Assembly: GCA_950097015.1 (NCBI GenBank)
Contig: CATNEN010000038.1
Location: 20,708,001-20,772,000 of the forward strand
Length of the DNA: 64,000 bases
Origin: Macrostomum hystrix
Taxonomy: Eukaryota > Animalia > Platyhelminthes
Reading direction: 5' to 3'
The position numbers were made by a program, and so were the translations under genes. This document shows positions 11,944-23,310 of the stretch, in pieces (positions within the stretch are counted from its first letter, which is position 1; each line of letters opens with the position of its first letter). The notes beneath the pieces are model-generated. The model was given only the letters and a program-made list of their open reading frames with translations. It searched no databases and was not told the DNA's origin.

Positions 11944-14900
11944 TCAGTCGCCAATGGCAGGAGAGGCGGCTAACCAAGCGCTGACTGCGGCGGACTTCCT
12001 GCCGGCCGCTCCCATCACGGCCTCGCGCAGCATCTCGGCTCCGTCAGGATCATAGCAACCGCCGATGCCGTCAATGCCGCTGACGCCGCCGACGCTGCTG
12101 GCAACGCAGCCGTCGATGACGACGCCGCCGATTGTGATGAACGATGCGCTGCGAAAGCCGCCACCCGAGGCGGCGCTGCAAGAGATGGTCAGGCTGATCT
12201 TCGTGTCCTTCAGCTGGTCCCGGTGGAGGCGAAACTGAAAGGACTCGTTTATGCGGGCCGACCCGAGGGGTCCGCAGAGGCGCAGCGACGACTGCTTGCT
12301 CTCGCTGCGGCCGTCCGGCAGGTAACGCCGCAGACGGATGCAGATGTCTGAGGATTCGGGATGCGGTATCCAGGATCTGGGATGTGGGATCTGGGATGTG
12401 GGATCTAGGATGTGGGATTTGGCATGTGGGATCTGGGATTCGGGATCCAGGATGTGGGATCTGGGATGTGGGTTCCGGGATTTGGGATCCGGATCTGAGA
12501 TCTGGGATTCGGGTAGGCTTGGAAGAGCATTCTTATCGAAAATTACTGAATACCTGTTTAGTTCAGAGATTTGACTCGAAAAAAATATTGGTAATCTATA
12601 TTAGCAAACGAGCGATTCGATGATAATTTAGATGATCCTTAACAGCGTGCCTGCATTAATCCTAAGATGGATTTTATGCTCAGATGCTCAGAAATTTACG
12701 GTGTGCCGATATTGCATTTGAATATTTATTAGTGGTTATTGTTGAGTCCACGTCTGACAAAGAATTGAAAATGTTGATTTAAAACAAATTGATTTGTTAG
12801 AAGTGCATGGCTGGAACTGTAGAACTGTATTGTAAATTAAAATTTCTGCCAAATGAGGGTTACTTTGTGCGTGCTGCGCTAGAGATCTTGAAGCACGTTC
12901 TGTTAGTTCAGAATTGATACTTATTCTCAAAACTACTCACTGAGAACTGTCGTGAGAGAATAGTTATCCCAACTGACTAGTTATCCCAACTGACTAGTTA
13001 TCCCAACTGACTAGTTATCCCAACTGACTAGTTATCCCAACTGACTAGTTATCCCAACTGACTAGTTATCCCAACTGACTAGTTATCCCAACTGACTAGT
13101 TATCCCAACTGACTAGTTATCCCAACTGACTAGTTATCCCAACTGACAAGTTATCCTAACTAATAATTCTACCTTTATTCTGGCACTCTTTGATTTGCCG
13201 CGCCTCGTTGACGGTGATGACCAGTCGCTCCAGCTCCTCGTAGAAGGTGCAGGAAATGTGCAAGAGACCAACGCTCATGTCGGCTACTGCGGCGGACTTC
13301 GTTGCTGTGAATCTGCGCTGTTGAGTCGGACTGCTCAAATCTCGCCAGGCGGTGATCGGTACTCCGCACTCGGCCTTGCTCAGTCCGAGCTCGCGCATTG
13401 TGAATAGGGCCTGGCCCAGCGGTTTCTGACGTCCGTCAGGCCAGGTGTCTCTGGCTGTGAAGCGAATGCTGCACTTATTTAGAAAGTCTTTGTCCACCTG
13501 CGCGTGGGAGAGAATCGCTTGAATGGAATGCCAATTCGTGCGCGGTAAACTGTAATGTGCAAAATTCTATCGTCTGGCTGTACATAATGTATTCTGTTAA
13601 CTGTTATGTTTAAATTGTAAGATGTAACATTGAGGGTATATAACTGTAATCCACTTGCTGTGAACTGTAATCTGTTGGCTGTAAACTGTAATCCACTGCT
13701 GTGAACTGTAATCTGTTGGCTGTAAATTGTAAACTGATGGTTGTAAACTGTAATATGTTAGCTGTGAACTGTAATCTCTTGGCTGTAAACTGTAATGTGC
13801 TGGCTTTGAACTGTAATCTGCAGGATTTAAACTGTAATCTTTGAGCTGTAGGCTGTAATATCTAGACTGTAAGCTGTAGTCTAAAAATGGGCTAGAAAAA
13901 ATGTAAACTGTTAACTGCAGTCTTTAAACAATGATGAGTAAACTCAAAGTGCGAAAATGAAATGTTTTTGCTGTAAAATGTCAAATTTAGTCGCGATGAG
14001 TTTAATCGGTACATATCAAACTTCAGGCCTACGAAAGGTTTCATCATTTTTCAATGGTAAAACATTCGCTATAGAACACTTGCTATAGACCCGAACTAGT
14101 CATTGAACTGGCCCACTTATCCGCAATGTTAGATTATCCGACCAATTATCTAGTCTAGATCAATCAGTCAGAATTGCCTGGCCTGGCGTTTCTTAGAATT
14201 CCACCGAGTTCTACTTTCTGGAAAGATGCAACAACTGGCCAATCGCGTGCCAGCTAACCCACGAAAAATTTGACAATTCCTATCAATCACCTGACTCAAT
14301 TGCAACGAAATAAATGTCTAGAATTTTAATAAAGATTGTCAGATGTCCTGGATGACCTCGGACAGCTTAAGATGGCACTAAATTTAACCAATTTTATCAT
14401 TAAAGAACTGATTTGCGTTTTGGTAATCGGATTTGAGTTTTGGTCATTGGATTTGAGTTTTAGCCATTGGATTTGAGTTTTGGTCATTGGATTTGAGTTT
14501 TGGTCATTGGATTTGAGTTTTAGCCATTGGATTTGAGTTTTTGTCTTTGGATTTGAGTTTTGGTCATTGGATTTGTGTTTTGGTCATTGGATTTGAGTTT
14601 TGGTCATTGGATTTAAGTTTTGGTCATTGGATTTGAGTTTTGGTCATTGGATTTGAGTTTTGGTCATTGGATTTAAGTTTTGGTCATTGGATTTGAGTTT
14701 TGGTCATTGGATTTGAGTTTTAGCCATTGGATTTGAGTTTTAGCCATTGGATTTGAGTTTTAGCCATTGGATTTGAGTTTTGGTCATTGTATTTGAGTTT
14801 TAGCCATTGGATTTGAGTTTTGGTCATTGGATTTGAGTTTTGCTCATTGGATTTGAGTTTTAGCCATTGGATTTGAGTTTGGTCATTGAATTTATGTTTT

Positions 14901-16032
14901 GGTCATTGGATTTGTGTTTTGGCCATTGGATTTGAGTTTCGGTCATTGGATTTGAGTTTTGGTCATTGGATTTAAGTTTTGGTCATTGGATTTGAGTTTT
15001 GGTCATTGGATTTGAGTTTTAGCCATTGGATTTGAGTTTTGGTCATTGGATTTGAGTTTTGGTCATTGGATTTGAGTTTTAGCCATTGGATTTGAGTTTT
15101 GGTCATTGGATTTGTGTTTTGGTCATTGGGTTTGAGTTTCGGTCATTGGATTTGAGTTTTGGTCATTGGATTTGAGTTTTAGCCATTGGATTTGAGTTTT
15201 GGTCATTGGATTTGTGTTTTGGTCATTGGGTTTGAGTTTCGGTCATTGGATTTAAATTTTAGTGGGATTTGAGTTTTGGTCATTTAATTCGTATTTTGGT
15301 CATCGGATTCAAGTTTTGGTCATTTGACTTGAGTTTTGGTCATTGAATTAGAGTTTTGGTCATTTGATCCGAGTTTTGGTCATTAGATTCTAGTAATTTT
15401 TGTCATATTTCAGTTTTGCTCATCGGATTCGAGGCTTCAGTTCAAATTTAAGACTTTTGGCGATTGCTTTACAGTTCTTAGTCATCGGATACGAAGTTAA
15501 ATAGAACCTGAGCGGCATCCAATGTGCCTGACATTATTAACTGACGCACTTAGGCGACTACTGCAGGCAACGATAGCCAACTCACGTCGAACACGAAGGT
15601 CTCATTCACATCCGGGTCGTTGCTACCCTTGCGCACCTTGGTGCAGCAAACCCGGTTGCAGAGCGGCGGCAATTCCACGGCGAAGCTGGCTGAGCAGGCC
15701 AGGCCGGAGTAGCGCCTCGCCTTGCTGTACAAATTTCTGGCCTTCAGGACGGCCACCTCGAGCTTGGATTCTTTGGCTAGGAATCGAACTCGAAACCACA
15801 GGCGACCAATGTGATCCTCGGTCACTTCGTATAGTTCTTCCTGATCAAAGTTCAAATACAGGCTGGGCTCGATTCGCCCTACATCATTGCGCTCGGCTGA
15901 GCGACGACTCAACCTAGTGATGACGAAGAGGACCTCCTTGCCGACTGCTGGCGACGGGGGCGCCGCGCGGTAAACGGGGCCCGTCGACGGACTGACTGAG
16001 GAGTGAGCGACTGAACTCTGCGGCGACTGCAT
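11944..16032 (-). CDS. Tandem C2-domain protein, atypical synaptotagmin-like (no N-terminal TM seen)
   Basis: Exons 16032-15586, 13497-13173, 12347-11944 join in phase. C2A: GRLWFRVRF..LEVAVLKARNL..TKVRKGSNDPDVNETFVFDV. C2B: VGLLHISCTFYEELERLVITVNEARQI..RINESFQFRL. Probable 5'UTR exon ending at 16864. Confidence 0.82.
12352..12515. repeat. Degenerate GGGATCT/GGGATGT repeat next to an acceptor
   Basis: 7/14-bp periodic GGGATCTGGGATGT. Confidence 0.85.
12960..13156. repeat. 17-bp near-perfect minisatellite
   Basis: Unit CTAGTTATCCCAACTGA, about 11 copies. Confidence 0.96.
13545..13920. repeat. Old degenerate ~22-bp tandem repeat
   Basis: Recurrent GCTGTAAACTGTAATCT-like motif. Confidence 0.75.
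14410..15500. repeat. 20-bp minisatellite
   Basis: Unit GGATTTGAGTTTTGGTCATT, degenerating toward 15500. Confidence 0.96.
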
Positions 16033-16049
16033 AACACGGCCTGAGATGG

Positions 16050-16840
16050 GATTGGATTCGAATTTTGGTCATTTGAATCGAGTTATGGTCATTTGAATCG
16101 AGTTATGGTCATTTGAATCGAGTTATGGTCATTTGAATCGAGTTATGGTCATTTGAATCGAGTTATGGTCATTTGAATCGAGTTATGGTCATTTGATTCC
16201 AGTTATGGTCATTTGAATCGAGTTATGGTCATTTGAATCTAATTATGGTCATTTAAATCGAGTTATGGTCATTTGAATCGAGTTATGGTCATTTGAATCG
16301 AGTTATGGTCATTTGAATCTAATTATGGTCATTTAAATCGAGTTATGGTCATTTGAATCTAATTATGGTCATTTGAATCGAGTTATGGTCATTTGAAACG
16401 AGTTATGGTCATTTGAATCGAGTTATGGTCATTTGAATCGAGTTATGGTCATTTGAATCGAGTTATGGTCATTTGAATCGAGTTATGGTCATTTGAATCG
16501 AGTTATGGTCATTTGCATCGAGTTATGGTCATTTGAATCTAATTATGGTCATTTGAATCGAGTTATGGTCATTTGAATCGAGTTATGGTCATTTGAATCT
16601 AATTATGGTCATTTGAATCGAGTTATGGTCATTTGAATCGAGTTATGGTCATTTGAATCGAGTTATGGTCATTTGCATCGAGTTATGGTCATTTGAATCT
16701 AATTATGGTCATTTGAATCGAGTTATGGTCATTTGAATCGAGTTATGGTCATTTGAATCGAGTTATGGTCATTTGAATCGAGTTATGGTCATTTGAATCA
16801 AGTTATGGTCATTTGAATCTAGTTTTAGTCATTGGATTCT
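16050..16840. repeat. 20-bp minisatellite related to the 14410 array
   Basis: Unit TGAATCGAGTTATGGTCATT. Confidence 0.96.
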
Positions 16841-17235
16841 AAACATAATATCCTTTCACTTACCTTCGGACGTAGGAGCTGTTGTTTTGATTTGAGCTGG
16901 GAATGCGCAAATTCGTTTTTTTCAACAATTTTAAATGTTAGTGGAGGGCTTGCGGTTCTCAAATTTTAGATAAACTTGCTTTTCTCTGCAGGCCTTACTT
17001 AATTGGCCTCTTTGGCTAATAAATTTGATTGGCTGTGATGCACTGCACTGGCTGACTCGCATAGAAGAGACTAATATTAATTCTTACTTCTACTACTAAA
17101 TCTAAAAAAGTATACTAATTATAACTAATTAACCAATAACAGTTAATTAATCCTTGTTTAGGAATACTATTGATGCAAGTGATACTACTGCGTCGTACTA
17201 TCATCGCTATTGTCAATCTAATCGGTCAATCTGAT

Positions 17236-17400
17236 GAGGTTGTAGCCTTGTGGTTAGAGCGTCGGACTCACGACTTAAAGGTCGGGGGTTCGATTCCTGA
17301 CTCCACTTGAACAATTTTTGTCCTTTAGCAAGACACTTAACCTGCATTGCTTCAGTTCACCCGGCTGTTAAATGGGTCCCAGCACTAGCTGGGATAAGTC
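17236..17400 (+). mobile_element. tRNA-derived SINE family B with CORE-like central domain
   Basis: Head TAGCCTTGTGGTTAGAGC...GGTTCGATTCC (box A/B), then GTCCTTTAGCAAGACACTTAACC..TCAGTTCACCCGGCTGTTAAATGGG resembling the MIR/CORE-SINE core; second truncated copy at 63143. Confidence 0.75.
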
Positions 17401-17869
17401 GTTTTGAATGTCTAAATTATCATTTATATTGACGAAAGCTATACTAATTTGTAGTGGTACTACTACGTTACTACTACTGCTAGTAATACTACTGCAGTAA
17501 TACTGCCTACTACTAATGGTAGTAAATACTACACTACTGCTTAATAAAGTAAAATTCTGAAATCAATTAATTTTTATTTATACAACAAGCAATTGTACTC
17601 GTCAATCTGAATTGTTGCACTTTGAAGCGAAGCAACAAACTGCATCCAATTATAGTCTATGGCCAATCTTGCTGTCTGAAAAATGTGATTAGATAAGAAA
17701 ACTGTTTTAGCAGCGCGGCGAATTTTAGTTTGAAGAGGGCCAGTCAAAGAAGGTGTGAAATTATCGCGGCAATCAAGTCCACAAGGCCTAACAGACTGAA
17801 ATGTCGACCAAAAACTTACCGGAGCACTGTGACAACTCTGACTGTGCCTGGCAGTTTCCCAATGCATCA

Positions 17870-20800
17870 ATGTCCTCCGCCACCGATAGTAAATCGTACG
17901 CCAAGCGCTGGGGAACAAAGCCGGGATTCTTGGATCCATTTCATGTAGCCTATCAGTGCGTCAAGCGTCTTAAAGCCGCCACCTTTGTCAATATCGCCTA
18001 CGGTTCAAAGAATAAGGAGACCACCGATAAGAGCCGGCTGAGCCCCGGACTGCAGATCTACTTGGGCCGGCTGGTTTCGGATGACCAGGTATGGTGAAGG
18101 ATGGGGATTCTGAGGTGTTGGGATGGGGATTCTGTGGTTTTGGGATTGGGATTGTGAGGTGTTGGGATTGGGATTGTGACGTGTTGGGATTGGGATTCTG
18201 TGGTGTTGCGATGGGGATTCTGTGGTGTTGGGATGGGGATTCTGTGGTGTTGCGATGGGGATTGTGAGGTGTTGGGATTGGGATTGTGAGGTGTTGCGAT
18301 GGGGATTGTGAGGTGTTGGGATTGGGATTGTGAGGTGTTGGGATGGGGATTGTGAGGTGTTGCGATGGGGATTGTGAGGTGTTGCGATGGGGATTGTGAG
18401 GTGTTGGGATGGGGATTCTGTGGTGTTGCGATGGAGATTCTGTGGTGTTGGGATGGGGATTCTGTGGTGTTGCGATGGGGATTGTGAGGTGTTGGGATTG
18501 GGATTGTGAGGTGTTGCGATGGGGATTGTGAGGTGTTGGGATTGGGATTGTGAGGTGTTGGGATGGGGATTGTGAGGTGTTGCGATGGGGATTGTGAGGT
18601 GTTGCGATGGGGATTCTGTGGTGTTGGGATGGCGATTCTGTGGTGTTGGGATTGGGATTGTGAGGTGTTGGGATGAGGATTCTGTGGTGTTGGGATGGCG
18701 ATTCTGTGGTGTTGGGATGGGGATTCTGTGGTGTTGGGATTGGGATTCTGAGGTGTTGGGATTGGGATTGTGAGGTGTTGGGATGGGGATTCTGTGGTGT
18801 TGGGTTGGGGATTCTGTGGTGTTGGGATGGGGATTCTGTGGTGTTGGGATTGGGATTGTGAGGTGTTGGGATGAGGATTCTGTGGTGTTGGGATGGGGAT
18901 TCTGTGGTGTTGGTTTTGGGATTCTGTGGTGTTGGGATGGGGATTCTGTGGTGTTGGGATGGGGATTCTGTGGTGTTGGTTTTGGGATTCTGTGGTGTTG
19001 GGATGGGGATTCTGTGGTGTTGGTTTAGGGATTCTGTGGTGTTGGGATGGGGATTCTGTGGTGTTGGTTTAGGGATTCTGTGGTGTTGGGATGGGGATTC
19101 TGTGGTGTTGGGATGGGGATTCTGTGGTGTTGGTTTAGGGATTCTGTGGTGATGGGATGGGGATTCTGTGGTTTTGGGATGGGATAGAAGAAATAAATGT
19201 TTGTGCCTGTGCTGATTACATCAGCTGCTGTGTCGGAACTTTTAGATTTAGGATAACTCAATGTCCCAATTCGATAGTCGTAGATAAATGACCTACTTAA
19301 ATATTTACCCATTCATTCAAACCGAATCTTCCAACTCAAGGTGAGCGATGACGTTAAGGAGCACATCGTCAGTGGCTCAGCTGAAAATTTGACAGCCGTT
19401 ATTCGCAAGTACCAATCCCTGGAGCAGGTACTGCTGTTCCTATTGAAGTACCTGAAAGAGCGCGGACCGCTTGTCAAGTTCAAGTACAACAATCAAGATA
19501 TGCTAGAAAAAGTTGTGCTCAACCCACGCTACCTAGTTTCCACCTTCATGACCACCCTGTGCGAATTCGAGCTGGAATTTCACTCGACAGTCGTCATCGG
19601 CGACTATCTCAATTACTTACTCTTCGTGGCCTTCGCTCACGATCTGTTCTGGATCAAGGACCTCCTGGCCGAAGTCTGGGGCCCGCTGCTAATCGAATTT
19701 GTCAACGTCGGCTTGGCCAATTCCGAGCCGATGAATGAGAAACAGAAACGTGATAATATCAGAGTGATCACTTTGCGACTATTGGAGACCATTCCGTGGG
19801 GGAGACTAAAGAGCGCCGAAAATATGAAGATTACTATGAATCCTCAGGTCAGTATAGCGAGTTGTCTGCTTTATTAAATTTATTTACAGGTATGCTGCAC
19901 ATCTTCAAAGACAAAACTGGACCTCTTCAAAGACAAAACTGGACCTCTTCAAAGACAAAACTGGACCTCTTCAAAGACAAAACTGGACCTCTTCAAAGAC
20001 AAAACTGGACCTCTTCAAAGACAAAACTGGACCTCTTCAAAGACAAAACTGGACCTCTTCAAAGACAAAACTGGACCTCTTCAAAGACAAAACTGGACCT
20101 CTTCAAAGACAAAACTGGACCTCTTCAAAGACAAAACTGGACCTCTTCAAAGACAAAACTGGACCTCCTCAAAGACAAAACTGGACCTCTTCAAAGACAA
20201 AACTGCACCTCTTCAGAGACTGCATCTGAAGGCTGCGTAACGGCTGTTCAGTCCATGGACTGGGGGAACGCTACACCCCGCCCTAACTAACACAACTGTA
20301 CCTCTCTTCAAAAACAAACTTAGCACGTTTCACTCTCGCATCAAAGTCCTTGAGCTCGAATCCTTGGCGAGGCTAAATTCATTTGTCTTATAATTTACGC
20401 TCTTAGGGTGCCGACCCCACGAGGCACCCCAAAAGAGTCAGGGAAGATGTTGACACCTGTGTGCCTGTGTGAGTCAGTGGAATGGCAGAATTGCCTCCTC
20501 GCTGGCTGCAGTTCTACGTGTCACCAAAATGTCCCAGTGCCCACAACCGTTAACCGCCCCCCCGCACCTATTCAGGTGAACGACTCCAACATGAAGCGCA
20601 AAGTAACGGAGACTGCAAATGAAATTAGCCGACTGACCACCAAGCCGTTGAACCAAGTGACGCTACTGTCCGTGGACTCGCAAAGCAGTCTCAGCAGCAT
20701 TATTAGCCTATTGGGCGACCTAGAAAATAAATCATCAGCGGTTGCCGGAGCTTCAAATGTGAATGAAGCAGCCGCGATCGCCGACCCGGAGGCAGCCCAG

Positions 20801-20956
20801 CTTGAGAAGAAACCAGTCGAAGAGGAAGAGAAGGCCGCCAAGAACGCCGTCGCCGACCAGAAGAACAAGGACTCGAGCGCCCAGAATGACTGCTCAAATA
20901 AGTTACTAGAGAAGCCCGCCCGGAAGGGTTGCAAGAAGGGTTGTCACGCGTATTGA
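17870..20956 (+). CDS. Uncharacterised protein (helical central domain, charged low-complexity C-terminus)
   Basis: Exons 17870-18088, 19341-19847, 20576-20956 join in phase 0 with GT-AG; coding-like composition; start could be 17801 or an upstream exon. Family not recognised. Confidence 0.7.
18098..19183. repeat. 22-bp G/T-rich minisatellite in intron
   Basis: Unit GGGATTCTGTGGTGTTGGGATG. Confidence 0.96.
19901..20218. repeat. 22-bp minisatellite in intron
   Basis: Unit CTTCAAAGACAAAACTGGACCT, about 14 near-identical copies. Confidence 0.96.
20432..20545 (+). mobile_element. Degenerate SINE family A fragment
   Basis: GAGTCAGTGGAATGGCAGAATTGCCTCCTCGCTGGCTGC...GTCACCAAA matches the 3' half of family A. 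Confidence 0.7.
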
Positions 20957-21327
20957 CGAAGTAGGGCATTGAGTTCGGGCACAAGTTGACTGTTAAACTA
21001 TAATTTAAAATTCACTGTAATGTGTTTTATCATCAAGAGAAAAAATATTACTCTAAAAATACGTTTTTTTGGGGATCATTCATTTTCCAGACATTGGCGA
21101 AGATTTTCGCATCAATTTCGGTAATCTTGAATTCTACGAATGTTCACTGTCACTATCGGGTTGTAAAACTCTGTCACAGTTATCTTTTTAGTGTACTCAA
21201 ATGAAAAAATTGGCTCTTCAAGCACAATGCCGAGCTGAAAGCCCTATTTAAATATATTTGCGTTTTTACCCACTGCTATTTATAACAAAGTCACATTTAG
21301 CTTGCGTTATTCGTATTTTTAATACTA

Positions 21328-22577
21328 AATCCACAACCAACCAACACTGGATCCACAACCAACCAATATTTAATTCACAACCAACAAACACTGGATCCAC
21401 AACCAACCAACACTGGATCCACAACCAACCAACACTGGATCCAAAACCAAGCAAGACTGGATCCACAACCAACCAACACTGGATCCACAACCAACCAACA
21501 CTGGATCCACAACCAACCAACACTGGATCCACAACCAACCAATATTTAATTCACAACCAACAAACACTGGATCCACAACCAACCAACACTGGATCCACAA
21601 CCAACCAACACTGGATCCACAACCAACCAACACTGGATCCACAACCAACCAACACTGGATCCACAACCAACCAACACTGGATCCACAACCAACCAACACT
21701 GGATCCACAACCAACCAACACTGGATCCACAACCAACCAACACTGAATCCACAACTAAACAACACTGGATCCACAACTAAACAACACTGGATCCACAACC
21801 AAGCAAGACTGGATCCACAACCAACCAACACTGGATCCACAACCAACCAATATTTAATTCACAACCAATCAACACTGGATCCACAACCAACCAACACTGG
21901 ATCCACAACCAACCAATATTTAATTCACAACCAACCAACACTGAATCCACAACTAAACAACACTGAATCCACAACCAACCAACACTGAATCCACAACTAA
22001 ACAACACTGAATCCACAACTAAACAACACTGGATCCACAACCAAGCAAGACTGGATCCACAACCAACCAACACTGGATCCACAACCAACCAATATTTAAT
22101 TCACAACCAATCAACACTGGATCCACAACCAACCAACACTGGATCCACAACCAACCAATATTTAATTCACAACCAACCAACACTGCAGGATCCACAACCA
22201 ACCAATATTTAATTCACAACCAACCAACACTGGATCCACAACCAACCAATATTTAATTCACAACCAACCAACACTGGATCCACAACCAACCAACACTGGA
22301 TCCACAACCAAGCAAGACTGGATCCACAACCAACCAACACTGGATTCACAACCAACCAATATTTAATTCACAACCAACCAACACTGGATCCACAACCAAC
22401 CAACACTGGATCCACAACCAAGCAAGACTGGATCCACAACCAACCAACACTGGATCCACAACCAACCAATATTTAATTCACAACCAATCAACACTGGATC
22501 CACAACCAACCAACACTGGATCCACAACCAATCAAAATTTAATTCACAGCCAACCAAAATTTAATTCACAACCAACC
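21328..22577. repeat. 22-bp minisatellite between convergent genes
   Basis: Unit CTGGATCCACAACCAACCAACA with interspersed TTTAATTC variant. Confidence 0.96.
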
Positions 22578-22651
22578 TATATTCGATCCAGAACAAATAA
22601 ATCGACAACCATTCAAAATTTTAAGCATAACTCGCCCCAAAAGTAACCTAG

Positions 22652-22663
22652 TAATAATAATAA

Positions 22664-22694
<31 letters not shown>

Positions 22695-23049
22695 AATAAT
22701 TGCAGGAGAGCTGCGGGCAATGGCACATCATTTGGTGACACTAGACACGCAGCCAGCGAGGAGGCAATTCTGCCCATTTCGCTGACTCCTGAGCACACAC
22801 GCACACAGATAATGTACGCAGGCACACGCTCTCACAGGTGAGTACATCTGCCCTGACTTTCTCATCGTCAGGCAGTGTACACTATCACTGTGCCTTGGAG
22901 GTTGGTCCTCAATGGCGAAAATTGCACGACAAGCCGCCAAGCCTTCTCTCCGCGGCTGCGCCCCAAATAAATGTGGCCTCGCCGTGGAATCGAACTTAGG
23001 GACCTTGGTGCGAAAGGCAAACGCGATAACCGCTCTGCCACCGACCCCC
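22652..23049 (-). mobile_element. Full-length SINE family A copy with long (ATT)n tail
   Basis: Head GGGGTCGGTGGCAGAGCGG..GTTCGATTCC; flanked by near-identical 12-bp duplication AAAAGTAACCTA (22639-22650) / AAAAGGAACCTA (23051-23062). Confidence 0.92.
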
Positions 23050-23310
23050 TAAAAGGAACCTAATTTTAACACTGCAACGGCTGAAAATATGGAACTCTTG
23101 AAACACGGAGTTACCGTGAAGCACTGAGGTACACACACTCGTTGAAGCGAGTTTACTTCTAGCTAGGATGAGATATTTCTAAGGTGAATTTCAGCATTCA
23201 CATTTTGCTTGTTCTCACCACCATTGGCCGATCTGGACAAAAAATAATAAACGAGAAAGCAAAAGACTAAGTTACCAATAAAGCAGAAGAATAAGGTTTC
23301 AAAAGCAGTC

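Noticed and set aside
17236-17310. Possible tRNA gene (also 63143 and SINE A heads)
   Set aside because: Acceptor stem does not close and the sequence continues into a SINE body.
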